A stretch of 64,000 nt of DNA, taken from contig NC_134031.1 in NCBI RefSeq assembly GCF_964204645.1, forward strand, positions 14,681,807 to 14,745,806, given 5' to 3'. Every line of letters starts with the position of its first letter. The stretch's first letter is position 1. Below are positions 48,491-60,870 of this stretch, in pieces. This stretch comes from Tubulanus polymorphus. Lineage: Eukaryota; Animalia; Nemertea. The notes beneath the pieces were generated by a model. The model saw only the letters and a program-made list of their open reading frames with translations. It searched no databases and was not told the DNA's origin. The position numbers and the translations under genes were made by a program.

Positions 48491-50644
48491 GCGTAACGAA
48501 TCTTTAATAGACAATTCGCTGATATCTCATTCTCTACTCAAAAGATACAAATAGACATTTTTTTGTGTTCGCTGAAAATGTCGAGAAATCTGATTCGTGT
48601 GATTTAACAACGGACGAGTAAATCCTTTAATCCTCTAGACTAGAGCGAGAGTAACTCTATCTACATCTACTGAATAACAAGCCTAATCCAGGAATACAAC
48701 ATATCACTGAAGATTTACTTCAATTATTGATATAGTTTTCAGGCGCTGAAAAATGATATTATTTCATTATTGAGTCGACGACGATGACGCTGTAACGCGG
48801 GTTTTCAACATAAGTGAATAATCCCGCTATCTGTCGAAGATATAATCAATATTCAAAACATACCGATCGATAAATCCGTATCGATTATCTCCTACTCGAT
48901 TGTGACATCATCAATAAATGGGTGAATGAAAATGCATAGCCGAGTTTTGATTAAAACGCGTGTGTATTTATTTCCCTTACATCAGTAAACTGTAGTACAC
49001 GCGCGCGCACCGTTCAAAAATTACGTAGGCTTATTACGTATACAACCCACAACTTTCAATCTACAACTTACAACCCACAATCAACGACAGGTTATTTACT
49101 TCATTTAATATTTGTAGTGATGTTTTTGGCTCTGAACTCGATGGTGGTTTATTTAAAGCGGTTTGAATATTTGAATCATTTATTATTCAACGGTTCTGAC
49201 GGTTTCATCGGTTTGAATTTCAAATTGCTGCGAACAGCAGACGGGCTCGACGTCGTCTGCGCCGTGCGTGAATTATTAACTCAGAATTGAAGCCGCCGCG
49301 GGGGGGGGGGATTTATAATCTATAATCCACGCCGATCTGGTTATTTGACTAGTTCAAATCCTCCACGACCATATTTCTCATCCGGGTCATCTATCAGCAA
49401 CAACACGTGACCTGACGTCATAAAACAAACACTAATCTGGCGATGAAACGAGCACGTCTTTGGGAAATAAAGAATGTGGAATTCACGAAAACCGTGACTG
49501 TGTGCGTGTGTATGTGTGTGAGGAATCTATTGGGATTGATTCAATCGCGGCTGCTTAGAACAAATAGAGAAAATAGATCGTGAACCAGAGCCCCGGGCCG
49601 CAAATCGAGTCAATTCTATAGGAAATAACAATAGCATTTGCAAAAAGCCACTATTCCAAAATTTATGGGTGGCAACTGCCCCCGCGAAATAGGTCCCTGA
49701 ATTATGATTCTTTGGATTTTAGGGGAATATGATTTCAAGCTTGATAGGCTCGGTAGCCTTGGAATGAAATGAGCTTAATGACGCTTTCATACAGAGTTTT
49801 TGAAGAATCAGTTAATATTATACAATCTACAACACTTCCTGAAGCAAGAGAGATAAAACGGGAATCGTCGAGGGAGGAAATTGATCGTCTGCCAGTTCGA
49901 TTCTACACGGACCAATTAAAACACTAACAATTCATACAACAATAAATTATCTATATATCTGGAGAGGATTCACAGCATCGACCGGAAGTGCTGTGTGCGC
50001 CGTTTCACGGCTTGGAATTGATTGAGAAAAGTAACTACCGGTGTTCATTCTAGAATTGCCTCGAATTCCCCCCTATGACATCATCAAATGGCTAGGAGTT
50101 TATTTAATTTAGTGACGGACCCCTGCAATTTAAAGATGTCTGACTCCCCAAATCCCCTACGACATTTAACTTCCAATATCTTAAGAATAGACTTCCGCTT
50201 TCACAAATGACGTATCAATTCAATTTAAATCCGTGCGTTTTAATAAATGCGTTCATACCGCCATGGTAATCAATGAGGTCAAAGGGTGATTTTGTGTAGG
50301 TGCAGCCATTTTGAAAAAGTCTATAACTATTTATTATTAGTAGGACTTGATTGAATTCGATTATCAAATCGAAAGTTGTTTCAACTGAAATCGAAAAACT
50401 GCTGCGACGTCGATATTGATCTGAACAAACAAACCAGAATTATTCAAAACATCAAGTTTCAATCCTGTCGATTGTCGAATGTCGATTATCGAAAATTAAA
50501 TCAATCGAATATGCGTTTACTGTATAGACGTTATCTCTAGACTGGCAGAGCACAACTGCGGAGATATTTCCGGTGGAACTTTTATTCTTTCATCATCAAG
50601 ACATAACTAACAAAAACTACGAATTTGATCTTTCCCACATTCGA

Positions 50645-50860
50645 ACAGTTCTCCGGTTCCGGTTCCACAGATCTGTATCCGGTTCCACAGTTCAGGACCC
50701 GGTTCTACAGTGCTATACCCAGATCCACAGTAAGTCATGGATCCAGTTCCACAGTTTTGTATCCAGTTCCGCAGTTCTGTATCCAGTTCCACAGTTCTGG
50801 ATACAGTTCCGCAGTTTTGTATCCAGTTCCACAGTTCTGTATTCAGTTCCACAGTTCTGT
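50645..50860. repeat. 20-bp minisatellite (ATCCAGTTCCACAGTTCTGT)n
   Basis: The unit matches the Harbinger-like MITE terminus. Confidence 0.88.
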
Positions 50861-51371
50861 GAAACATCGACGATGAACACTTTAACTGTATCAAATCTAC
50901 GTTACTTACAACTGTAGAGGCCAGGAATAGTTCGTTAAGGACTTCAAATTGACTCTGGAGTCACAAATAGTCATATATGAACTAGTCGAGATGACTATGC
51001 TACCTGGTGTTACTGTTCAGCTACTAACGACGAGTGTATAGAACATTAGTATCGACCCGAACCCCAGGAGGCAGTGTATTTATCGACCCCTTCCTTCAGG
51101 GGCCCGTATATCGACTCGTTCCCCGCCAGGGGGCGTACTTCCTTTGTTCTTCAACGATTAGGTTCAGAGTAAATTTTGAAATAAATAATTTATTTCGAAA
51201 AAAAACTCAAACATTCAAATTCACCTCGGAATTATTTGAATAATATTCAGAGTTTAACTCCGGGCTTGAATTTGAATTTAAATCTAATTTTAAACAGCTT
51301 TGAAACTTTATCTCTCTCCGTTACAAACACAGGAACTTAAATTCTGAATATTCAAATAACTACGCTTCTGG

Positions 51372-51488
51372 CCCAGGAGTAAAACATGAACCAGGAAGGA
51401 GTAAATCACGAACCAGGAGTAAAACATGAAGCAGGAGTAAAAGATGAACCGGGAGTACACCATGAATCTGGAGTAAAACATGAACCAG
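51372..51488. repeat. 18-bp minisatellite (CCAGGAGTAAAACATGAA)n
   Basis: About 6 copies. Confidence 0.85.
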
Positions 51489-52267
51489 TAGTATCTCTAT
51501 CTGTGAGATTGTTTTATAGTGTCTGAGCCGGACAGAGATGTAGCTGTGATTTAAACCGGTCTAGCTGCCCCTGACAACCCGTCATCATCTCCCGGTAAAA
51601 TTATATACATATATATATGAATGTATTATACAGACCCGGATGTCGTACATTGTACTTACTCATAAAATATATGCCATCAGTCAGTGACCTTCACCTTGGC
51701 GACAGTAGACAGTGTTAAATGATCACATATCGGTCACTTGATTCTCTCCGGAGAAGAGAGAGTGAGAGGAGTGAGACGATGAGAGGGAAAGACAGTTTAT
51801 CAATAGTGACTCCCTACTTGTCTTCATTGTGTTTCGCTTAAATCTTACATTCGATGAAAATTAGAACAAAATGTGAAAATTCATCGAGATTGTGCCATCT
51901 TAATTACACAGATTCGTTCAGGAATTTTGAATCGAGGGCTAAATTCTGATTGTTGATTTTTCTGATTCATGTATGAAATTCGTATTTCATTTGCCGTGAA
52001 AGAAAACTCTACATTCATCACTGAGTAGTGCAACTAAATCCAATGATTTTAACGGTTCGATTTCGACGGTTCTAACGGTTTTGTTTTGATGACGGAAAAG
52101 CCTAAAATCGAAATTTACGAGAATGAAATTTCACGATAAGACACAGTGAGCGCGAAAAAGTAGAAACAGTGGGTACAAAGCAATAAAATCAGATCATGAA
52201 GCGGTATTGAAACGAGCCGTGACAACCTGTACAGAATCCACAGAGAAATTAGGGATATCCATTTAAA

Positions 52268-52558
52268 TTAAAGCGCAACGACCCTCTTTAAATCAACAAT
52301 TATTTCAAAACGGCTCATCCTTTATCCTAAATGTATTCAAATAATTAGTTTGTAATTAAATACTTGGTTTGTAATTAGCTTAGAATTTAGCACTTGTAAT
52401 TTTGTAACTTATGTTGTATATAAACCTGTAGTTTAATCATTTGATTCACTTGTATTTCACCTGATGAGGGGATATGATCCCGAAAACGTTCGTGTTAATA
52501 AACTGTATTTACTCATTAGAAAATGAGGTTTTTAATGTTATCGCTTCTATGGTTATTC
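52268..52558 (+). mobile_element. 5'-truncated Penelope-like retroelement with 15-bp TSD
   Basis: ORF end IKAQRPSLNQQLFQNGSSFILNVFK*, hammerhead, AATAAA; GGATATCCATTTAAA at 52253-67 and 52559-73. Confidence 0.85.
52458..52494 (+). ncRNA. Apparently intact minimal type I hammerhead ribozyme
   Basis: CAC-CTGATGA-G-GGGAT-ATG-ATCCC-GAAA-ACGT-TC-GTG: both core boxes present, perfect stems I and II, palindromic stem III. Confidence 0.82.
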
Positions 52559-52654
52559 GGATATCCATTTAAAATCTGTAAAATCTGGATCTATGTGAAA
52601 TTTACTGGTCTCAAGAGCGCTGAACTATCTATTCCATACTAGGTAAGTGCGGGA

Positions 52655-53445
52655 AGGAAGAGAGGGTGAGAACTTGGGGAGAGAAAGGAGAGGTAGAGGG
52701 AGAGAAGAGAGGGAGAGCCGGTGAGAGAGTATCAGAGAAAGATGAGAAGGGAGCGGAGAGAAGAGAGATCAGAGCTATATAGAGAGAGGGTGAGAGAGGG
52801 TGATGTAGAGAGAGGTGAGAGGATGAGAGAGGGGAGATAGGGTGAAATAGGTCACAGGTAGAAAGAGGTAGATAGAGGAGAGAGTTTAAGGAGGTAGGAA
52901 GACGCGAGAGGGGTGAGACGGAAAGAACAGAAAGACGAGAGGAGGAACAAAATGCGTTCTGTCTTCAATAGGAGAAAAGAACAAACTGCGCTGTCGGTTT
53001 TGTGTATTAAGTGCTGCGTGAATAAAGCGGTGCGCTGAGAGTATCGACACTCGAGTGTTGAGATGTCGAAACGATGCTTGTAATTTGTGTAAACCATCGG
53101 GATGAAAAAAAATAACCGCAACTTCAGTCAGATTAACACGCAAACACTTAGAGATAGGAGTGAGACGGAGTGATAAGAGCGAGAGTCAGAGAGAGAGAGA
53201 GGGAGAGGGAGAGGGAGAGGGAGAGGGAAAGGGAGAGGGAGAGGGAGAGGGGGAGGGGAGGGAGGGAGGGAGGGAGGGAGAGAGGGAGAGAGGGAGAGAG
53301 AGAAAGGGAGGGAGAGAGAAAGGTAGGGAGCGCAGAGGAGGCAGAGAGGGAGAGAGAGAAAGGGAGGGAGAGAGAAAGGGAGGGGAGGAGAGGTGAGAAG
53401 AAGAAGGAATGGGAGGGAGCACAGAGGAGGATGAGAGGGAGAATG
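52655..53445. repeat. Two GA-rich polypurine tracts (52655-52950, 53150-53445)
   Basis: Read directly. Confidence 0.85.
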
Positions 53446-56306
53446 TTATGTTGATCTACTTTCTCTTTGTTCTGCGGTACCAAATATCGAGTGGATTAAA
53501 CCCTTAAAGGACAAACGATTGAATCCGATTCAAACAGCTTTTATTTCACCCAAAACACGCACATTATGGCGTCAATGATCCCTCTACAAGAACCACGAGA
53601 CTCCTACGTCGCACAATCTGGAGAGACGGAGTGATAGGAGATAGACGGAGAAGGAGCGACAAATTTAGGTAGAAGGGAGGGCTGGAAAGACGGAGTGAGT
53701 GGAGAAAACACTTAAACGATTTATCATTAAATTTCTGATTTATCTTCGTAAACTTCAAAACTTCAACTTTTAAAATCATATGTTTGCTTTAGCGAAACAG
53801 TAGATAATGCAGGCCTACTCTCGAAATTAAATAATAATCACGCGGCTCTGCCATTAATTCGGGATTTATCGACCAGTTAGCGAAGCGTAAACAAACTCCG
53901 GGATTAAAAACCTGTACTGATTTTTGATTGAAACTCTTCCGTTACTTTCTGTCGGGGGAGGGGGAGGGGGGGGGGTGATTCCGGATGGATACCGTATGGT
54001 CTGTGGCGGTGTAATCTAATTAACCAATCAGCGTGCGTAATCAGCGATCGCGTGACTGGTCACGTGAGAGTAACTCGTTGATTTATTGGAGATATAGGTG
54101 GGCAATAACGTAATTAAATCTTGTGAGTGGCGTGGAGGGGGGTTTAGAGGGGCGTTTGAGGGGTAATAAATCTTGCCCTAAAGAGATTTTCATAAAAACT
54201 TCCCGACGCCAAAACCGATAATTTGACGGGTTGATTACAGTTCAGTAAACTGGGGTGGAGGGAAGGGGGGGTTAACGGTCACGAAGGCGCCCTACGCAGA
54301 ACCACCCGCACACAAACACGATTAACTGCTAGACAGTAAGATTCATATAGAAGATAAAATCGATAGATATTTGCGTCGATATCGGATCTGGAGGGAGTGT
54401 TTGACTTTTCTGGTAAAGTTTCGTCCGCACATAGATATTCACTAGTATACGGAGACGGGACGCGTAGAGATAATCAGGCCGCGAGGGGACTTCTCGAGTA
54501 TTCGCACAACTACCCACGACGGACTAATTATGCCTTCTGTGTCTGCCGAGTCGCTCCTACTTGACCAACAATTGTCAAAACAAATCATACTTGACTCGGT
54601 GCACAAGTCGTTCCGATGTCTTTGCCATCGACAAGCTCTGAATTCTTAAATAATGTCGGGAGACAGAAAGTGTCGCGCGAGTGACTGAGACTCGGCCGAT
54701 GAAGTCGTGACTCCTCGCTGCAGCTCCCCGGGGTCAATTGAGTGGTAAATGAGCGTGGATTACTCTACTTTTTCCACTCACTGTGTAATCCTATCCACTC
54801 ATCTTGATCTATTGACCTTTTCAACGATAATTATTCTCAAAATACATAACTCTGTTGCCACCGTTTTGCTACGTTACGTTATTGCTTTACCGAAATCTGG
54901 ATTTACAACAATACCGTACCGTAGCAACACTGCACAAATTGTTGCCGTTGCCAGGATACGGTATTTTGACAAAGATGGATTTACAACAATAGCGACAAAG
55001 CAACAGGAACAGAGTGTATTATGGTACGGTATGATGACGGTGATGAAAGGTTTTTACTGTCAAAGAGGATACAGTAATGCCCCTCTCCTATCCGCGCTCT
55101 CCTCCCCTTCCCCTTCCCTTCCCCGCCGTGCTGTATTCTTTATGACTCGTTTTAAGTGACACTTGTTCTGTTATCTAGCCGGCGATTCAAACTAATCTCT
55201 GATTGGTCTATTCATACTTTCACTCTTGTATAGTGGTCTAGTTTTGGCCAAGCAGGCTGTTTACGTGACGGAAAAATATGAAAATGAAACTGATGACATC
55301 CACTTGCCGCAGTGGCCTTCAATAGTTCACCAGTTCACTTGCCGCAGTATCTCTTGAACAAGCAGTGGCCTCCTAGTTCTACATTTCACTTGCCACAATA
55401 TATCTTGTACAAGTCACATGCCGCTCTAGCCTTCTTGTTCCCGATAGTTCACTTGCCACCTCTTGTACAAGTCACGTGCCGCAGAAGACTTCTAGTCCCC
55501 GAGTTCGCCACTGCAGAAGTCGCATGCGGCAGTAGCCTCCCCGAGATAAGTTTGTTTTCGTCGAACAAATCTCTAAAAAAATCGATTTTATTGATAAGAT
55601 ACTTATCGCAGCCACACCCATAACATACGTATACTATTCTATAAATACAACGACATTTTTAGTTTGACCCTTTGAAATAAGCAAAACAAGAAAATCTTCT
55701 ATTATTTCCTGTTAACCCTGGTTTAGAGATCATGTAGCTGGGCCACACCCAATATGTGATATTATGATCATAGATGGAATTTTGCTCTTGAATTTCAAAT
55801 CGATTCGCTTCATTTCATCATCGATTTAACGATTAGTTAAAAGGTTTTTATCTGATATTTCGTTTTAGGCGTAAATAGAAACAGGATATCTCGAATTTCG
55901 CGCAGAAATTCTGTTCTTGTGTTGTTTGTGAAATGACGCGGGGTCACATTTTATAACATTTCGAAATATCAAAATAGAGATAATAGACACAATTAATTTC
56001 GTTGTCTTCTGAGTAGAACGTGTGTCCGTATTTCAGTTGTACGATCGTGCGTGGCTACTGGGTTTTACTGGCGTTTTGTATCGATATTTCACTCCCGGCG
56101 TAACACTGCGTAGGTTTTTACTCAGGGTATATCAGCGGAGACGCGTTGTGGTATCGGTCAATAGGAAATAGTTAAAGCACCGCGCTCTGTAAGCGCTAAC
56201 AGTTAGAAACGCGTCAATAATGTTCGCAACATAATTGCTGCTTATTCTGAAACTCGTGGAATTCGCCTCCAGCGTTTAAGACTGCCCTGTTCCGGCCTGG
56301 ATCCTG

Positions 56307-56435
56307 GGGCCAGTTGCACAGTCGTGACTTCCGTTCAAATCGTAAGACTGGTCCTGAGCTGTTAGATTGGCTATAGAAGTAATTAGTTGGTCTGAGACTG
56401 GTCTCAAGTCTAAGCCATCACTTTGCAACCGGCCC
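56307..56435. mobile_element. PIF/Harbinger-like MITE (short member of the 2358-2722 subfamily)
   Basis: CTG|GGGCCAGTTGCACAGTCGTGAC...TTAGATTGGCTATAGAA...TTTGCAACCGGCCC. Confidence 0.7.
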
Positions 56436-58681
56436 GCCTGGGTCTCGAACCTGAAATGACAGGCTTCAATATCAACAAATCCAGACATGAGGACGAGGAG
56501 TCTACCGTATTTGGGATGGGTTAGCCCTAAACTACCGACAAATATCTAATTAGTGATTGCCAATATTTGTAATTGCCGTTATTTAAGAGTTCTCAATAAA
56601 TTCATTGTATTTGCATTGGTGGATTTTACTGGTAAATGTTTAATTTAAATTCAAGCTGACATGTTTCCCATAATACACCGGGCGAGAGAAAGAGAGAGGG
56701 GAGTGGGAGAGAGGGGAGAGGAGTGAGAGTGGGTAAGAGCGATGGTTGATTTGTGTGTTACGGCAGTTTAGTGTAAATATTAATGGAGACAATATTGAAT
56801 TTCTATGCGTTTTGTTCCACTCGAGTTGTTCACAATTTTAATTACAAGCGCCCTCCTTCCCTCTTCCCTCCCTCCCTCCCTCCCTGCACGTGAATATCGA
56901 CCCACACACACTGTTACCAGTGACTCGCTGCATCAATCGCTGTTGGAAAACAAATAATTCGTAATTGTTTCGTCGCAATGGAATAACGAAATTTAGAAAA
57001 TAAGACAACTAATGGAATGGGATATACAGCACCACCAGATGGCGCAACAAAACACTGGGTCATTCGTACTAAAAATCAGTTCAGTTTCAATGAAATTTGA
57101 ACTTTTTAGGCTTCCAAATCTGAAGATTATCAAACAAGTCATTGAATAGATATAACATCCGCTTTCTCACTTAGGTAGGTCATTGTACAGATTTAACACA
57201 AAATTGATTTACCAATGAGAAAAGCGACCCAGCGCCACTAGCGATCCTAGCGGATTATCGTTGAATCCTCGCTTCCCTCAGTAGCGTTTTATATTCAGAT
57301 CGTTAAATTCCGTCAAACATCGGGAATTTCCGATCAATCCTCTTGCAAATACCCGTTTGTGAATAGTTACCCGGATGTGTAGTTCTCGTCAGGCCTGATG
57401 ACGGGTTGCAGACCATTAATAGACGGAATATAATCACACTACCCTCAACAACCCCTTAGTCTCTGCCCCGTCTGTGTTCCTGAGACAGTTAACCGCGAAA
57501 TAATTCTTACAAATTACCGTCTATCCAAAGAACATATCTACTTTGATCTGCGCGCGCAGACTCGGCGTATAGCCAATAATCAACTATACGAGTGGTATAT
57601 GTCTGGAGATCTCAACCGTGAAATACCAAACTGATGTTGGATATATCTAATAAACCCTTATCGCATGATACGAACGGTCTTTCTTTTATCGAACATTTTC
57701 TCATCTCAATTTACAGCTGATATTTGGAGACAGGGAAATCCTTTAAAACTAAAGAGTGTAGATTAATGATAAGCAGGAAAGAGTCAGTTACGCTTTAACG
57801 CGGAAAATACGAGGGGCGGCGACGTGTCCAGGGTCAATGTGTTCGATGAGCTAATGTTGATTTGACTTGAAAATAGAATTATCGATCGCGGGTCTTGCAG
57901 TAAAATCTAACTGAATTCATGAACAAAAAAAATTAATCGATGATCGAGTTTATACGTTTTCCCCTTTTAACTGGATCCAGAGTCAAATATTGACAGTAGA
58001 ATTTGCTGCGATAGTTTTTTTTTAACTTTCATTTATACAATATTTCTGCGCTATGTTGTTAAAACACTGCAGGTTCGGATTTCACACTTGACTGAAGAGG
58101 GTAGAGAAGGGAGCACACTCTGGTCGATAAACACGGTTCTGGTTAAACAGGCTCTCTCTGTATATACGAAACTGGATATACATACGTACAGCGTCGAACC
58201 GAACTTTCCCACCCTCAGCAGCTTCCGTCAACACACAAAAGGCTTTATAACACTTTTTTATTGGAAAATTATTCTTTATTTAACAAAAAAACTATAGGCT
58301 TCAAATAGTTTTGAAAAAGGGACCCAGTTGGACAGGGAATCGGATTACAGTTGATTATGGTTCTTGATTATCCCTGACATTGCCGTTATGTTAAGTCTAA
58401 GGGGAAATGGTGTGTTAATGCGCAGCTTCCCTAGAGAATCACCACAAGATCAGCCTAGAAAACTTGTGAAGATTCTAAGATGCATATCAGAAACGATTTT
58501 CCTAAATAAATCATCAAAATGAATTTATTACAACAGATTTTTACAGAATTTGTCATTTTCGTGACATTTTTTACAGGAGATTAATCAGAATCAACAAATT
58601 TCATCAACAAATTTCATTTGTTTTTGTAAAGGTGTCTGAACATCCGTTATTACTAATTTTGTACGTAGTTACATATAAACT

Positions 58682-59048
58682 ACTATGTTATGCTATGCTC
58701 TGTTCTGTTCTGCTCTGCTATGCTATGCTATGCTATGCTAGGCTAGGCTAGGCTAGGCTAGGCTCTGCTAGGCTCTGCTATCCTATGCTATGCTAGGCTA
58801 GGCTAGGCTATGCTATGTTAGGCTAGGCTGGGCTCTGCTCTTCCATGCTATGTAAGGCTAGGCTAGGCTAGGCTAGGCTCTGCTCTGCTCTGCTATGCTA
58901 TGCTATGCTATGCTAGGCTAGGCTAGGCTAGGCTCTGCTCTGCTCTGCTATGCTATGCTAGGCTAGGCTAGGCTAGGCTAGGCTCTGCTCTGCTATGCTA
59001 TGCTATGCTATGCTATGCTAGGCTAGGCTAGGCTAGGCTAGGCTAGGC
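58682..59048. repeat. Compound pentanucleotide microsatellite (GCTCT/GCTAT/GCTAG)
   Basis: Read directly. Confidence 0.95.
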
Positions 59049-59051
59049 CTG

Positions 59052-59711
59052 TTGGCTTGTATTAACAAATTTCTATTTCAATACGTTTTTGAAGTTATTC
59101 GTTTCCCGAGCGGCGAATTCTCCTGTCGAGTTCTCATCTCGTCGCTATATGTCATCAGTTTTTTTCAGCCCGTTAGCCCTCGTCCTCGTGTCCCTAGAAC
59201 GGATGACCGTGATACAGTTCCCGTTTCAGGGCCCGAGATTCTGGACCCGTAAAACAGTCACCATAATCATCGCTGCTACGATCGTTCTATTATTTTGCTT
59301 GTCTATGTATCTAACCCGAGGTGAAACGTACATGTTTAAAATTGGTTGTGTCATTAGTAATACTGGTTACCCACTAGTCGCTACAATTCTGACATTCGTT
59401 TTCAGCGCCTTTCTACCGACGTTCGTTATATCGCGTTCGACTCTATTCATTCTAATTTCGCTATTCCGCAGAACAAAATCTTCATCAACCTCCGCGGCGT
59501 CGGTACAAGTATCTATGATGGTAACCGCCAACTGTCCAACTATATGGTGATATTATGGGCTAGGCCTGATTTCGCTTTCGAAGTTACTCATAGCTTGAAT
59601 CTTTGGAATTTTTGTGTGAATTTCTACCTGTATGTTCTGACGGGGAAAGATATTCGACGAACATTGAAAAACATATGTTCTTTTAAAAATGTTCTTTTGA
59701 AAATTACTTAA
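59052..59711 (+). pseudogene. Class A (peptide-receptor-like) GPCR pseudogene, roughly TM2/3 to TM7
   Basis: SCRVL..LALVLVSLERMTVIQFP (TM3), FLPTFVI (TM5), NFCVNFYLYVLTGKDIRRTL (TM7/H8); frameshift at T7 59159-65, deletion and frameshift in TM6 near 59533, no TM1 found. Confidence 0.85.
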
Positions 59712-59719
59712 TGTCGCGC

Positions 59720-60110
59720 AACTGTGGCGGTAACTAGATCCAGAACTGTGGAACTAGGTCCAGAACTGTGGAACTAGGTCCAGAACTGTGGAAATGGGTC
59801 CGGGAATGTTGAACTAGTTCTAGAAATGTGCAATTCGTTCAAGAACTGTAAAAATGGGTTCAAACTGTAGAAATAACTGGGTCATGGTGGAACTGGGTTC
59901 AAAACTGTAAAACTGGATACAGAACGGTGGAACTGGATACAGAACGGTGGAACTGGGATCAGAACGGTGGAACTGGGCCCTGAACTATGGAACTAGGTCT
60001 AGAAAGGTGCAATTCGGTAAAGAACTGTGGAACTAGTTTCGAAACTGTGGAAATAACTGTGCGTCATGGTGGAACTGGGTCCAGAACCACTGTGGAACTA
60101 AATCCAGAAT
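59720..60110. repeat. 20-bp minisatellite (CCAGAACTGTGGAACTRGGT)n with ~180-bp higher-order duplication
   Basis: Reverse complement of the 50645-50860 family. Confidence 0.88.
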
Positions 60111-60509
60111 TATGTAGTTGTGTATTCTAGTAGGTCAGAGACGATGCCTCGGATGTTTTCGGTAGCGATCAGTATTTTACTGTGATCGCTGCGGGGTATG
60201 AGAAGCCGGCAGCAGACGACAGTTTGATTGATAATTAAAGTATACACACACGGCTCTCACAGTACTTGTTACATGTCGCTCATTGATCCTCTTAACTTCA
60301 CACAGCAGACGAGACTCCCGTTTTATCTCGTTTCATCTCGCGTGAACTTAAAATCTTAAAACAACGTTACAACGTTGCATGCACGCGAGATGCGATTGAC
60401 GTCATAGCATTTCCGGTTTAGTGGCAGATGATGTCTTGAGTAGCTCGTGTTTGGAATTATCTTTCTCGCGTGGCTCCGAGAGGTGGGCTCCTCTAGAGGT
60501 TGGCTTCCA

Positions 60510-60870
60510 TATCTCACCTCATCTCATCCCTCTACTTCTCCATTGCCCCATTCTCTTCCCTCTCCCACTCTCTCCTCTCTTTTTCCTCCCCACCCTCTCC
60601 TCTCCCTCTTTCCCCCCTCTCCTCGCCTCTTCCTCTCGCTCTCCTCTCCCTCTCTCTCCCCCCTCTTATCCACTCTTCTCTCCCACTCTATCCTCTCTCC
60701 ACTCTCCCTCCCCCTCCATTTTCTTTCCCTCTCATCTCTCCTCTCCCTCTCTCTCTCCCCTATCTCTTCTTTCCCTCTCTTCTCTCCTCTTAGTCGCTCT
60801 CTCCTCATTCTCCTCTCTTTCTCCAACCCTTTCTCCCTCTCAACTCTCACCCTCTCTTCTCCTCTCCGCT
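60510..60870. repeat. CT-rich polypyrimidine tract
   Basis: Read directly. Confidence 0.85.
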
